In this document: one piece after another, positions 48,980-57,602 of the stretch
Layout: every line of letters starts with the position of its first letter
Numbering within the stretch: position 1 is the stretch's first letter
DNA from: Myxococcota bacterium
GTDB taxonomy: Bacteria; Myxococcota_A; SURF-8
Length of the DNA: 64,000 nt
Assembly: GCA_965140415.1 (NCBI GenBank)
Contig: OZ223209.1
Location: 1,344,001 to 1,408,000 of the forward strand
Reading direction: 5' to 3'
The notes under the pieces: generated by a model
What the model was told of the DNA's origin: nothing
What the model saw: only the letters and a program-made list of their open reading frames with translations
Databases searched by the model: none
Translations under genes and position numbers: made by a program

Positions 48980-49008
48980 TTGCCTTTCAAAAAGCCGGGG
49001 GGTAGACT
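48980..49008 (+). promoter_or_regulatory. Putative sigma70 promoter
   Basis: TTGCCT-N17-TAGACT upstream of ORF 49053. Confidence 0.5.
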
Positions 49009-49052
49009 AACATACTGTAAAAGGGAACTATTTTCGGCACAGGAGGGAGAAG

Positions 49053-49508
49053 ATGCAGGAAAGCGGCAAGCGGATCGAAATCTTTTTCCAGGCGCGTCAG
49101 CTACAGGTTCGCGATTTGACGTACATCCTGAACAACCTGACCAGCGCTTTTCGCCACGCGGTGTTTCAACTGAATGACAGCCTGGGCGCTACCCTGAACC
49201 GCGATGAATACGTGCTGCGCCTGTCCGAAATGAATCATGGAAAAACCACTACGCTCTCTTTGCGTGTGGCCGCAACGAAAAAGGGCGTGCAACTGGCTTC
49301 GCCGGAGGCGATCGAGTCGCTGCGCTCGGAGTTGACGGCGGAACTGTTCAAGGTGCTTTCGGTGGGCGACGTGCACAAAAGGCTGCTTTCCTTCCGAAAA
49401 GCCATCGTTAAAAAAGCGCCCCGTATTTCAAAGTTTACTGTTCGTTTGATCAGCACCTCCGCTGCCGGCGAGGAAAAAATCGAAGGCGTGGAAAAGTGGA
49501 TCGATTGA
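49053..49508 (+). CDS. Hypothetical protein
   Basis: 151 aa ORF with AGGAGG RBS, leads the mlaEF genes; no motif recognised. Confidence 0.75.
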   Translation: MQESGKRIEIFFQARQLQVRDLTYILNNLTSAFRHAVFQLNDSLGATLNRDEYVLRLSEMNHGKTTTLSLRVAATKKGVQLASPEAIESLRSELTAELFKVLSVGDVHKRLLSFRKAIVKKAPRISKFTVRLISTSAAGEEKIEGVEKWID

Positions 49509-49542
49509 TGCGTAAGGATTATCTGCAACACCGGGAAAAGCT

Positions 49543-50355
49543 GTGCCAGTCTTGATCACCCTGTTCAACACCATTTTCCAATCCATCAAAGCGCGCCTGG
49601 AAGGCTTCGGCCTGTTCGGCATGATGATCTTCGACACGCTCGCCTGGACTTTCCGTCCGCCGTTTCGTTTCAAGCAACTGTTGCGACAACTGGAGTTTGT
49701 GGGCAGCAATTCGATGTCGATTATTCTACTAACAGGCTTTTTTACCGGTGCGGTGTTTGCCCTGCAATCGGTACTGGCTTTTCGCATCTTTAACGCCGAA
49801 AGCATGGTGGGTTCCACAGTGGCGCTGAGTTTAACGCGGGAACTCGCTCCGGTATTGACCAGCCTGATGGTCACCGGGCGCTGCGGCTCGGCCATGGCTG
49901 CGGAAATCGGCACCATGCGCGTTACCGAACAGATCGACGCGATGACCTCCATGGCGGTCAACCCGGTGCAGTATCTGATCGTCCCGCGTTTATGGGCGGC
50001 GGTGATTATGGTGCCGGTATTGACCATGGTATTCAACGCCATCGGCACGTTCGGAGCCTATGCGGTGGCGGTCTGGATCAACAACATCGATCGAGGCATT
50101 TTAATGGACAACATCTCCTGGTTCGTCGATCCGGCAGATATTTACATCGGATTGACCAAGGCGGTGATTTTCGGATTCATTATCGCCATGGTGGGCTGCT
50201 TTAAAGGATTCACCACCAAAGGCGGCGCACGCGGCGTGGGAATCGCCACGACGCAGGCTGTGGTCGTTGCCAGTGTGACGATTTTAGTGGCCGACTATTT
50301 CCTTTCGCAGTTGATCAACACGCTTTTCGAGCAGAAAACCTGGCTCGTATATTAG
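49543..50355 (+). CDS. mlaE: MlaE-family lipid ABC permease
   Basis: RELAPVLT, GSAMAAEIGTMRVTEQIDA, GARGVG.ATT.AVV. Confidence 0.95.
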   Translation: MPVLITLFNTIFQSIKARLEGFGLFGMMIFDTLAWTFRPPFRFKQLLRQLEFVGSNSMSIILLTGFFTGAVFALQSVLAFRIFNAESMVGSTVALSLTRELAPVLTSLMVTGRCGSAMAAEIGTMRVTEQIDAMTSMAVNPVQYLIVPRLWAAVIMVPVLTMVFNAIGTFGAYAVAVWINNIDRGILMDNISWFVDPADIYIGLTKAVIFGFIIAMVGCFKGFTTKGGARGVGIATTQAVVVASVTILVADYFLSQLINTLFEQKTWLVY

Positions 50356-50366
50356 GATCGTTTGTC

Positions 50367-51101
50367 ATGGATACCGCCGTTCGCTTTGTCAACGTCACCA
50401 AACGTTTCGGTTCCCAGCTCGTGCTGGACGAACTCTGCCTGGACATTCCCAGGGGGCGCATCACGTATATACTGGGTCGCTCCGGTGTGGGAAAAAGCGT
50501 ATTGATCAAACACATCATCGGTTTGCTGAAACCGGATGCAGGGGAAGTCTGGGTAGACGGGCAGGACGTGACCAGGCTTTCCGAGGCGCGTTTGAATGAA
50601 CTGCGCATGAAGTTCGGCATGTTGTTTCAGGATGCCGCCCTGTTCGACAGCATGACGGCATATGAAAATATCGCGTTTCCTTTGCAGGAGCACCGCGCTC
50701 TCTCCGCGAAGGAAGAACGGGAAGTCGTTGCCAGTAAGCTGGCCCAGGTCGGCTTGAGTGGCGTGGAGGAAAAATTCCCTTCGCAACTTTCCGGCGGTAT
50801 GCGCAAACGTGTCGGATTGGCACGGGCCATTGCGCTGGACCCGGAAATCATTTTGTACGATGAACCGACTACCGGGCTGGACCCCTTGATGGTTCAGCAG
50901 GTGGACGAGTTGATCGTGAAAACGCAGGAACAGCAGAAAAGCACCAGTATTGTCATCAGCCACGATATTCCTACGGCGCTGCGCTCTGCCGATCTTATTG
51001 CCGTGTTGGATGCGGGAAAGATCGTAGCGTTGGGAGAACCGGAGGAAATCCGCAAGAGCGAGCATCCCTTCGTTAAGGAGTTTCTACTGGCCGGGAATTG
51101 A
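50367..51101 (+). CDS. mlaF: MlaF-family ABC ATPase
   Basis: GRSGVGKS, FQDAALFDSM, LSGGMRKR, YDEPTTGLDP. Confidence 0.93.
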   Translation: MDTAVRFVNVTKRFGSQLVLDELCLDIPRGRITYILGRSGVGKSVLIKHIIGLLKPDAGEVWVDGQDVTRLSEARLNELRMKFGMLFQDAALFDSMTAYENIAFPLQEHRALSAKEEREVVASKLAQVGLSGVEEKFPSQLSGGMRKRVGLARAIALDPEIILYDEPTTGLDPLMVQQVDELIVKTQEQQKSTSIVISHDIPTALRSADLIAVLDAGKIVALGEPEEIRKSEHPFVKEFLLAGN

Positions 51102-51114
51102 TGCGGCCATCAAA

Positions 51115-51148
51115 CACGGGCAAACCTGCGGTTTAGCCCGCGCCACCC
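51115..51148. repeat. REP-like palindrome (same family as 22599), between convergent genes
   Basis: Reverse complement matches 22599-22632 at 32/34 positions. Confidence 0.8.
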
Positions 51149-51239
51149 TGAAATCAACAAGTGCTTTTCGGCTGGCTTACACCTCGCCGCTACACCTCAA
51201 AATGACGGCGCTAATCGACCGCTAAAATTGGATTCGTTT

Positions 51240-51980
51240 TTACCCTTTGAACATGATGGCGGTTCCGGCAAAGAGCAGCACGGAATAAACGAAGATGCGG
51301 AAGCCCCTTTCGGGGAGCTTGTTGTGTATCCCTTCGCCGATAAAAATGCCCAGCGCCAATGCGGGCGAGAGTTGCAGGCTGATCATTAAGGTCGATGAGT
51401 CGATGCGCCCTGCGGTCAAATGGCCGATAAGCAGGATGAGGTTGAGGATCAACCAGACGGCGCTCAAAGTGCTGCGAAACACCCGTTTGTCCGGTAGCGA
51501 ATAGCTGGCCCAGTACGCGATTAGCGGACCGCCCGAAACCCAGAGTCCTTGAACGACGCCGCCGACCAGCAGCCACAATCCGGATGCTTTCGACTTCGGG
51601 TCGGAAAGATTCTGTGGAGGATTATGGAAGTGTCTATATAGCTCGAAAAGCGCCAGGAAGAGCACGAAGGCGCCGAACAGCGGCTTCATCCATCCCGCTT
51701 CCGCCTGGCCGAACAACCACAAGCCCAGCGGCATTCCGGCGATGGTCAGTGGAAGAATGCGCTTGATCAGCGCCTGCACATCGATGCCGCTGCGATGGCG
51801 TATTGCCAGATAAAGACAGATCACGATGTTCAACGGAACGATCACCGGGACCATCAGCGAAATGGGAAAAAGCAGCACGGAGAAGGTCAGGGAAATAATC
51901 GCGCTGCCGAAACCGACGGCTGCCCCTACCATGTAGCCGATCAAGATAATCGGAAAGAGCGCGGCATATTCAAACGACAT
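51240..51980 (-). CDS. TauE/SafE (sulfite exporter) family membrane protein
   Basis: GAAVGFG, GMPLG, GG..QG...SGGP, FRST duplicated architecture; start set at ATG 51980. Confidence 0.85.
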   Translation of the reverse strand: MSFEYAALFPIILIGYMVGAAVGFGSAIISLTFSVLLFPISLMVPVIVPLNIVICLYLAIRHRSGIDVQALIKRILPLTIAGMPLGLWLFGQAEAGWMKPLFGAFVLFLALFELYRHFHNPPQNLSDPKSKASGLWLLVGGVVQGLWVSGGPLIAYWASYSLPDKRVFRSTLSAVWLILNLILLIGHLTAGRIDSSTLMISLQLSPALALGIFIGEGIHNKLPERGFRIFVYSVLLFAGTAIMFKG

Positions 51981-51996
51981 CGAAAATCCCCTGCAT

Positions 51997-52839
51997 TCAA
52001 GCGGATATACGCGCAGCAACGCCACGCGAGAGGAACATCACTCCGGTTACGACCAGTAACATCAGTAACACCTGCGAAAGCGTGGGAAAGATACCATAAA
52101 TCGCGATTTCCAGAAACAATGGCGTTAGAATCGTGGCGGAATTCACGGCGGATACGACTTCGATGGCCCGGCTTTTTAGAAAACCGAATTGCGTAATGAC
52201 CGTGGCGGAGGCGGCGAACAGCAGTGCGACATAAGGGTAGGGGTTATCCAGTTGGCCGGAAAAAGAGCCGCCCGCTTCCACGAGGGCGATGTCCGCAAGA
52301 AAAATGGCCAAGCCGATACAGGTACCCGCCAGACAACCGAAGGCCAGGCCATGAATGGCGCGGTAAAAGCGTGCGAGAAAGCAGGCGACTGCGCCAGCCG
52401 CAAGCAGGATGCCGATGGAGATGATCAGCCGCCCTAACGAAAAGTGACGCTCCGTGATCTCGTGGTTTCCGCCCAAATAAGCCAGGGCGGAGGTGCCTAC
52501 TACCACGAGAGCGATTCCGATGAAATCGCTTTTACCGAAACGCTCCCCGATGACGTTGACCGCATAGATTCCCAATCCGATCAGACCTACGCCGGTCATA
52601 GCCGAAACGGAAGACGGCGACTGCGAGAGCTTCAGTCCCAGCGAAAAGGGAATGGTTGCGCTGGCGGTCATTGCAAAACCCAGAATCCAGAAAATCAAGT
52701 CGCGCCGATGAGCGGAGGTCAAGATCAAGCGTCCGCTGGTGAACACATGCACGAATTGCTTCTGTACGCCTTTGCCGATGTTCATCAATAAGGCCGCGAC
52801 GATTCCGAGCATAAGCCCGTAAACAAACAGGTCGTTCAT
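51997..52839 (-). CDS. Multi-pass membrane protein (DMT-superfamily-like)
   Basis: About 9 TM segments, N.GK.VQK, GERF....IG..L...G pattern. Confidence 0.65.
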   Translation of the reverse strand: MNDLFVYGLMLGIVAALLMNIGKGVQKQFVHVFTSGRLILTSAHRRDLIFWILGFAMTASATIPFSLGLKLSQSPSSVSAMTGVGLIGLGIYAVNVIGERFGKSDFIGIALVVVGTSALAYLGGNHEITERHFSLGRLIISIGILLAAGAVACFLARFYRAIHGLAFGCLAGTCIGLAIFLADIALVEAGGSFSGQLDNPYPYVALLFAASATVITQFGFLKSRAIEVVSAVNSATILTPLFLEIAIYGIFPTLSQVLLMLLVVTGVMFLSRGVAARISA

Positions 52840-52847
52840 CGACTCTC

Positions 52848-54050
52848 CTATAGCAGCTTGGCCGCTTCGAGCATGAGTGTGTCGTTGGTGCCGTCCATAA
52901 TCGCCAGCAGTGGCGCGTCGCGGGAGTATTTTTCCAGTTTGTAATCCTTCGCGATACCGTAACCGCCAAGAACCTGGACCATTTCGGAGGTATGGCGAAT
53001 CGCGAGATCCGTGGTATGGATTTTACCCGTCACGCTGGTCAGCAGATCGCCGGGGAAGGCGTTCTGGCAATGCCAGCTTCCCTTCCACAACAGCGCTCGG
53101 CAGGATTCGATGGCCGTGCGACATTCGAACAGGCGCTTGGTGACGAGTTGATGTTCGATAATCGGTTTGCCCCACTGAACGCGTTCCTTGGCGTAAGCCA
53201 GCGCTTCTTCATACGCAGCGCGCATCAGGCCGACCGCCAGATAGCCGGTGCCCAGGTTTCCAACGGTCATGATGGAATGATGCAGGAAGGGATAGGCATC
53301 TCCCGGCGGGAAGATCAGGTGATCTTCGGGGACTTCGACATCATCGAAGTAAACCGGGGCCTGATTGAGTGCCCGCAGGCCGATGCGGTCTACGGCTTTG
53401 CCGCGCGTGACACCGTCTGCATCGCCCGGAATGATGAACGCGCCTGAACCCCGTATGCCCAGTTCGGGAGAGATGCAGGCGAAGATGATGTAGTTTTTGG
53501 CGATTCCGCCGTTACTGACGAAGTTCGATTTCACCCCGTTGATGACGTAGCGGTCGCCTTTTTTGACGGCGGTGGTGCGATGGCGCACTTTCGGATCGAA
53601 ATAGTTTTTTCCGTCCGAGCCGATATCGGGTTCGCTGCTGCCCCAGGCGGTGATGGCGTTGCCGGTTTCATCTTCGCAGTAGGGGCGCACGTACCGGTCG
53701 ATCAGGTCTTGATTTGTGGAGGCCAGAAATGCCGTAAGAGCCGGCACGACGGAGGCGGCCATCAGCGATGCGGTGAAGCCCGTTCCGTAGCGGGCAAGCT
53801 CTTCCCAAATCAGCGCGTTCGTTGTGGGTTCAAGCCCCAACCCGCCGAATTCTTCTCGGATGCCCATTTTGTGAAAACCGAGTTGAAAAGCCTGGGCCAT
53901 GGTCTTGCGGAAAAGCTCCGATTCGAACGCGGCTTGCGGGTCGGACATTTTATCCAGTTCGATTTCGGCGGGTTCCAGCATCTCTTTGCCGAAATCCCGA
54001 GCGGTCTTGACGAACTGAGTTTGAGTTTCGGATAGCGTAAAATCGATCAT
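52848..54050 (-). CDS. Acyl-CoA dehydrogenase family protein
   Basis: SEPDIGSD, INGVK.FVSNG, ERVQWGKPI, QVLGGYG, RDA....DGT. Confidence 0.92.
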   Translation of the reverse strand: MIDFTLSETQTQFVKTARDFGKEMLEPAEIELDKMSDPQAAFESELFRKTMAQAFQLGFHKMGIREEFGGLGLEPTTNALIWEELARYGTGFTASLMAASVVPALTAFLASTNQDLIDRYVRPYCEDETGNAITAWGSSEPDIGSDGKNYFDPKVRHRTTAVKKGDRYVINGVKSNFVSNGGIAKNYIIFACISPELGIRGSGAFIIPGDADGVTRGKAVDRIGLRALNQAPVYFDDVEVPEDHLIFPPGDAYPFLHHSIMTVGNLGTGYLAVGLMRAAYEEALAYAKERVQWGKPIIEHQLVTKRLFECRTAIESCRALLWKGSWHCQNAFPGDLLTSVTGKIHTTDLAIRHTSEMVQVLGGYGIAKDYKLEKYSRDAPLLAIMDGTNDTLMLEAAKLL

Positions 54051-54059
54051 CCTATCCTC

Positions 54060-54824
54060 CTATTCGCCGCTGCTGAAGTCGGTCATTTTAAAGTAATGGG
54101 GTAAAAAGCTTTCCTGGTCCACTTCCTGAAGGATCTTGCCCGGCAGCATCGTGTTGTGACTGACGATATGGAAAGCCATGATGACGCTTAGCCCGTCCAG
54201 TTCATGCCAGGGATCGGTTTCGGAAGGTTGGAACGTGACTTGTGCGCTACCGATTTCGAGTTCGACCAGGTCGATCTCGGTTTTCTGCTCGGCCAGGAAC
54301 ACGGGACCGTCGAAGCCGGGCTTCAGATCGATGCGGGGCATCCCCTTGAAAAGATAGGTCGGACCGCTCACCGGAAGTTCCGGTAACGTGCCGGACAACT
54401 CGCCTTTGATCTCCAAGAAGCGCACACCGTTGCGTTCGACCCAGCCGTGGATGCGGTTGCCGTCCTTTTCGTAATGGATATTCGCCATCTTTTTCGGGAA
54501 GCCGAAAATGTCCCGCCCGTTGTAATTGCGCGCTTCATTGTTTATCGGCATGGAAAGACAGTATGCACCCGGTTGTCCCTTGTACTTGCAGCGGATAAAC
54601 AAAGCCGCTTCGTGATAGCCCGGTCCGAGATTGGTTTTAGGATATTCGGCGATGAAGATCAATCCACCGGGCATGTCCGCCTGTTCCAGCGGCGCGGGAA
54701 GCAGGGGCGCGGTCTGTTCGGCTGGCGAGGAAAACATCACGCCCATCATCTTGGCATTCTCGAAGCGCCGCACGCCCAGTGCGTAGTAACGTTCCAACTC
54801 TTCGGTAGTTTTCACAAAGCCCAT
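54060..54824 (-). CDS. Acetoacetate decarboxylase-like (Adc) family protein
   Basis: LLPAPL, GYHEAA, GRDIFGFPKK with Schiff-base Lys. Confidence 0.85.
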   Translation of the reverse strand: MGFVKTTEELERYYALGVRRFENAKMMGVMFSSPAEQTAPLLPAPLEQADMPGGLIFIAEYPKTNLGPGYHEAALFIRCKYKGQPGAYCLSMPINNEARNYNGRDIFGFPKKMANIHYEKDGNRIHGWVERNGVRFLEIKGELSGTLPELPVSGPTYLFKGMPRIDLKPGFDGPVFLAEQKTEIDLVELEIGSAQVTFQPSETDPWHELDGLSVIMAFHIVSHNTMLPGKILQEVDQESFLPHYFKMTDFSSGE

Positions 54825-54858
54825 TGTCTTACCTCCATGATTCTTGTTGGTTGCCGTT

Positions 54859-56697
54859 TCAGGAAAACTTTTTATACATCCCGATTTTCGAGGACTGCGC
54901 CTTCAAGATGGCCCACTCTACGAAACCGGGTGACAAGCGGTAAATCATCCAGCCCAATACGCCCACCTTCGTCATGATCAAGCGGCGTTTCCGTTTTCGG
55001 ATCATGTCGACGATCAGTGAAGCGGCATACGCCTGGGTATGGTGTGCGGGCCGATCCGGAGGCACCGGTGTGCCGTCTGCGGCGAGGATGCGCTTTTCCG
55101 GGTCGTGTTCGGTAAAGCCGAGATACACGACGCCCGAATGTACGCCGTCTTCCGCCAGTTCCAGGCGCAGCGATTCGCTGAATCCAGTTAGAGCGCTTTT
55201 ACTGGCGCAATACGTGGACGCGCCGGGTAAGCCGAACAGGCCTGCGATACTGGAAACGAAAACAACGTTACCCTTGTTCTTTCGCAGGTCGTCGATGGCG
55301 GCAGAGGTGGGATAGATACAGCCCATCAGGTTGGTTTGAATCGTCTGTGCGCAGACCTCCGGGGCAAGTTCGTGAAATCTGCCACGCATGGAAACCCCGG
55401 CATTGTTCACCAGAATGTCCACCGGGCCGAACGCTTCACGCGCTTTGGCGACCATGTTTTGAGCGTCATCCCAGTTGCCGACGTCCCCGGTGACCGCTTC
55501 GACCTGGCCTCCGAGTGTCCTTAATTTGGCGAGAGAATCCATCAGCCGGGTTTCCCCCCGAGCGGAAATGACGACCTTGGCCCCGCGCTTCACGAATTCG
55601 CGCGCCAACGCGTATCCGACCCCGCGACTCGCGCCCGTTACCAACACGACGCGATCCTTGAATTCATCGCGGAGGTTACTGAAAATATGGCCGTATCGCA
55701 TCAGGCTGCGCAAGGTTTCCGCAATGCCCGTTTCGATGGGTGTCTGGGGCAGGTCGAGTTCACGTATGGCTTTTTGTGAACTGTAGTAGGTGCCGCAGAT
55801 GGCAAGCTTTGCCAGAGTGCGGTTCAAACCGATACTTTTACCGGTCAGTGTTGTGATGAAACTGCCCAGCAGGCCGATCAGGAGAATCAAAAAACGCGGC
55901 AGCACGTACTTGGGCGGCGTGACACCGATTTGGCGTGCGACCTGGGTGAAGAAATCCTTATAGGTCAGGTTCGGTCCGCCGAGAATGTAGCATTCTCCGT
56001 TACGACCCTTATGCAATGCCGAGATCATGGCATCGGCGACATCCGGTGCGTAGGCGAAGTTGCGGCCACCCGCCGTGACTGCTTTCATCTGACGCACGAT
56101 GAACTGGCGGATCAATTCGCCTGAACTGGGACGCCAGTCGAGATCGCCAAGCATGAATGTCGGTGAAACGACGACGGCTTCCAGTTTCTTTTCATTGACG
56201 TACTGCAATACGAGATTCATGGCGCTGTGCTTGGATTCCATGTACGCAACGCCGTGGTAGCCTTTGGCCATCGGAGTGGTTTCGTCGCCCGGCTTCTCGA
56301 TAGAGCCGTAGCCGAAGGAACTGGCCGACCCGGTGAAAATCAGGCGGGTAACGTTCTTGGCCACGCAGGCATCCAGCACTTTCCGAGTCCCCTCAAAATT
56401 GACCTTCCACGTCAATTCGGAACTGGCCCACATATCCGTGATCGCCGCCAGGTGAAACACATAGGTGCAGCCGTCCATGCACTCCGCCAGCCCGTCGCCT
56501 TCGTCGAGCAGATCGCCTTCGACTCGCTCGATGTTCAGCCCGTCCAAGGTGGGACTGGTGCTCCCCTTTTGACTGAGAACCCTGACCTGGTACTGTTGTT
56601 CCAACAGTTTGCGGACCAGGTGGCTTCCCAGCAAGCCATCGGCACCGATGACGAGTACCCGTTCTTTCAAGTTGTCCGTTTCTGCAACCATATTCAT
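54859..56697 (-). CDS. Fusion of extended SDR (epimerase/3-beta-HSD/HpnA-like) and classical SDR
   Basis: N-domain GADGLLG, HLAA, YMESK; C-domain TGASRGVG, NNAG, YCASK; ATGA overlap with the activase stop. Confidence 0.88.
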   Translation of the reverse strand: MNMVAETDNLKERVLVIGADGLLGSHLVRKLLEQQYQVRVLSQKGSTSPTLDGLNIERVEGDLLDEGDGLAECMDGCTYVFHLAAITDMWASSELTWKVNFEGTRKVLDACVAKNVTRLIFTGSASSFGYGSIEKPGDETTPMAKGYHGVAYMESKHSAMNLVLQYVNEKKLEAVVVSPTFMLGDLDWRPSSGELIRQFIVRQMKAVTAGGRNFAYAPDVADAMISALHKGRNGECYILGGPNLTYKDFFTQVARQIGVTPPKYVLPRFLILLIGLLGSFITTLTGKSIGLNRTLAKLAICGTYYSSQKAIRELDLPQTPIETGIAETLRSLMRYGHIFSNLRDEFKDRVVLVTGASRGVGYALAREFVKRGAKVVISARGETRLMDSLAKLRTLGGQVEAVTGDVGNWDDAQNMVAKAREAFGPVDILVNNAGVSMRGRFHELAPEVCAQTIQTNLMGCIYPTSAAIDDLRKNKGNVVFVSSIAGLFGLPGASTYCASKSALTGFSESLRLELAEDGVHSGVVYLGFTEHDPEKRILAADGTPVPPDRPAHHTQAYAASLIVDMIRKRKRRLIMTKVGVLGWMIYRLSPGFVEWAILKAQSSKIGMYKKFS

Positions 56698-57602
56698 CCT
56701 CCCCATATCGGCTGGCAGCCTGCCAATTGAAATGCATCCACGATGCGTTGCCTGTCTTTTTCCTGTACGTTCTCGAAAGAACGGTAGTCGTTTATACGTC
56801 CGGTTCGTTCGTATTTTCCTTTGGCCCAGCCGTGGTAAGGCAATAGGTCCACGCGACCCGTATAACCGGCCTTTGCTAGAAAGGCGGACATCGTTTCGAT
56901 GCTGTGGTTATCAGTGTTGAATTCCGGAATGAGCGGAATGCGCATGATCAATTTGTCGGCTGCAGTCGAGATCAACTGCTGAAGATTTGCCATGATGGTG
57001 TCGTTACTGACACCAGTGTAACGGCGATGTGTTTCGGGATCGTGATGTTTGAAATCGAAGAGGAATAGGTCTACAGCGGAGATAAGTTCCGGGAGGAGGT
57101 TCGTGTTGAAATGTCCGCAGGTTTCGATGGCGGTATGTATGCGTTCGCTTTTCAAGCGCGCCAGGATCTCGAGCAGAAACTCGGGTTGGCGCGTCGGTTC
57201 GCCTCCACTGAAGGTCACGCCACCACCGGATGACTCATAGAATGGGCGATCGGCCAGCAAGAGCGGCATGAGATCGTCTGCATCCATGTCATATCCGATG
57301 TATTCCTGCGCCGATTCGGTGCAGGTTTCCACACAGGTTCCGCAGACTGTACAGCAGTTCAAATCCCTGCTGATGCGGCCATCGGTCAAGGATAAGGCTT
57401 GCTCGGGGCAAGTCTTCACGCAGTTGCCGCAGCCGATGCAGGTTCGGCTGCGCCAGCCGATTTCTTTCTTGTCGGATTGCGACTCGGGGTTGTGGCACCA
57501 TGCGCACTGCAAAGGACAGCCCTTTAAAAAGACGCAGGTACGGATTCCGGGGCCGTCGTAGATGGCGTTGTACTGGATGTCGAAAAGAACGCCAGTGGTC
57601 AT
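56694..57602 (-). CDS. Glycyl-radical enzyme activating protein (radical SAM with ferredoxin insert)
   Basis: DGPGIRT.VFLKGCPLQCAWCHNPES, two CxxCxxCxxxC motifs, GGVTFSGGEP. Confidence 0.95.
   Translation of the reverse strand: MTTGVLFDIQYNAIYDGPGIRTCVFLKGCPLQCAWCHNPESQSDKKEIGWRSRTCIGCGNCVKTCPEQALSLTDGRISRDLNCCTVCGTCVETCTESAQEYIGYDMDADDLMPLLLADRPFYESSGGGVTFSGGEPTRQPEFLLEILARLKSERIHTAIETCGHFNTNLLPELISAVDLFLFDFKHHDPETHRRYTGVSNDTIMANLQQLISTAADKLIMRIPLIPEFNTDNHSIETMSAFLAKAGYTGRVDLLPYHGWAKGKYERTGRINDYRSFENVQEKDRQRIVDAFQLAGCQPIWGG

Noticed and set aside
51115-51148. c-di-GMP-I riboswitch (GGGCAAACC)
   Set aside because: Lacks the GNRA loop and second stem, lies 3' of convergent genes, and is explained by the REP-like family
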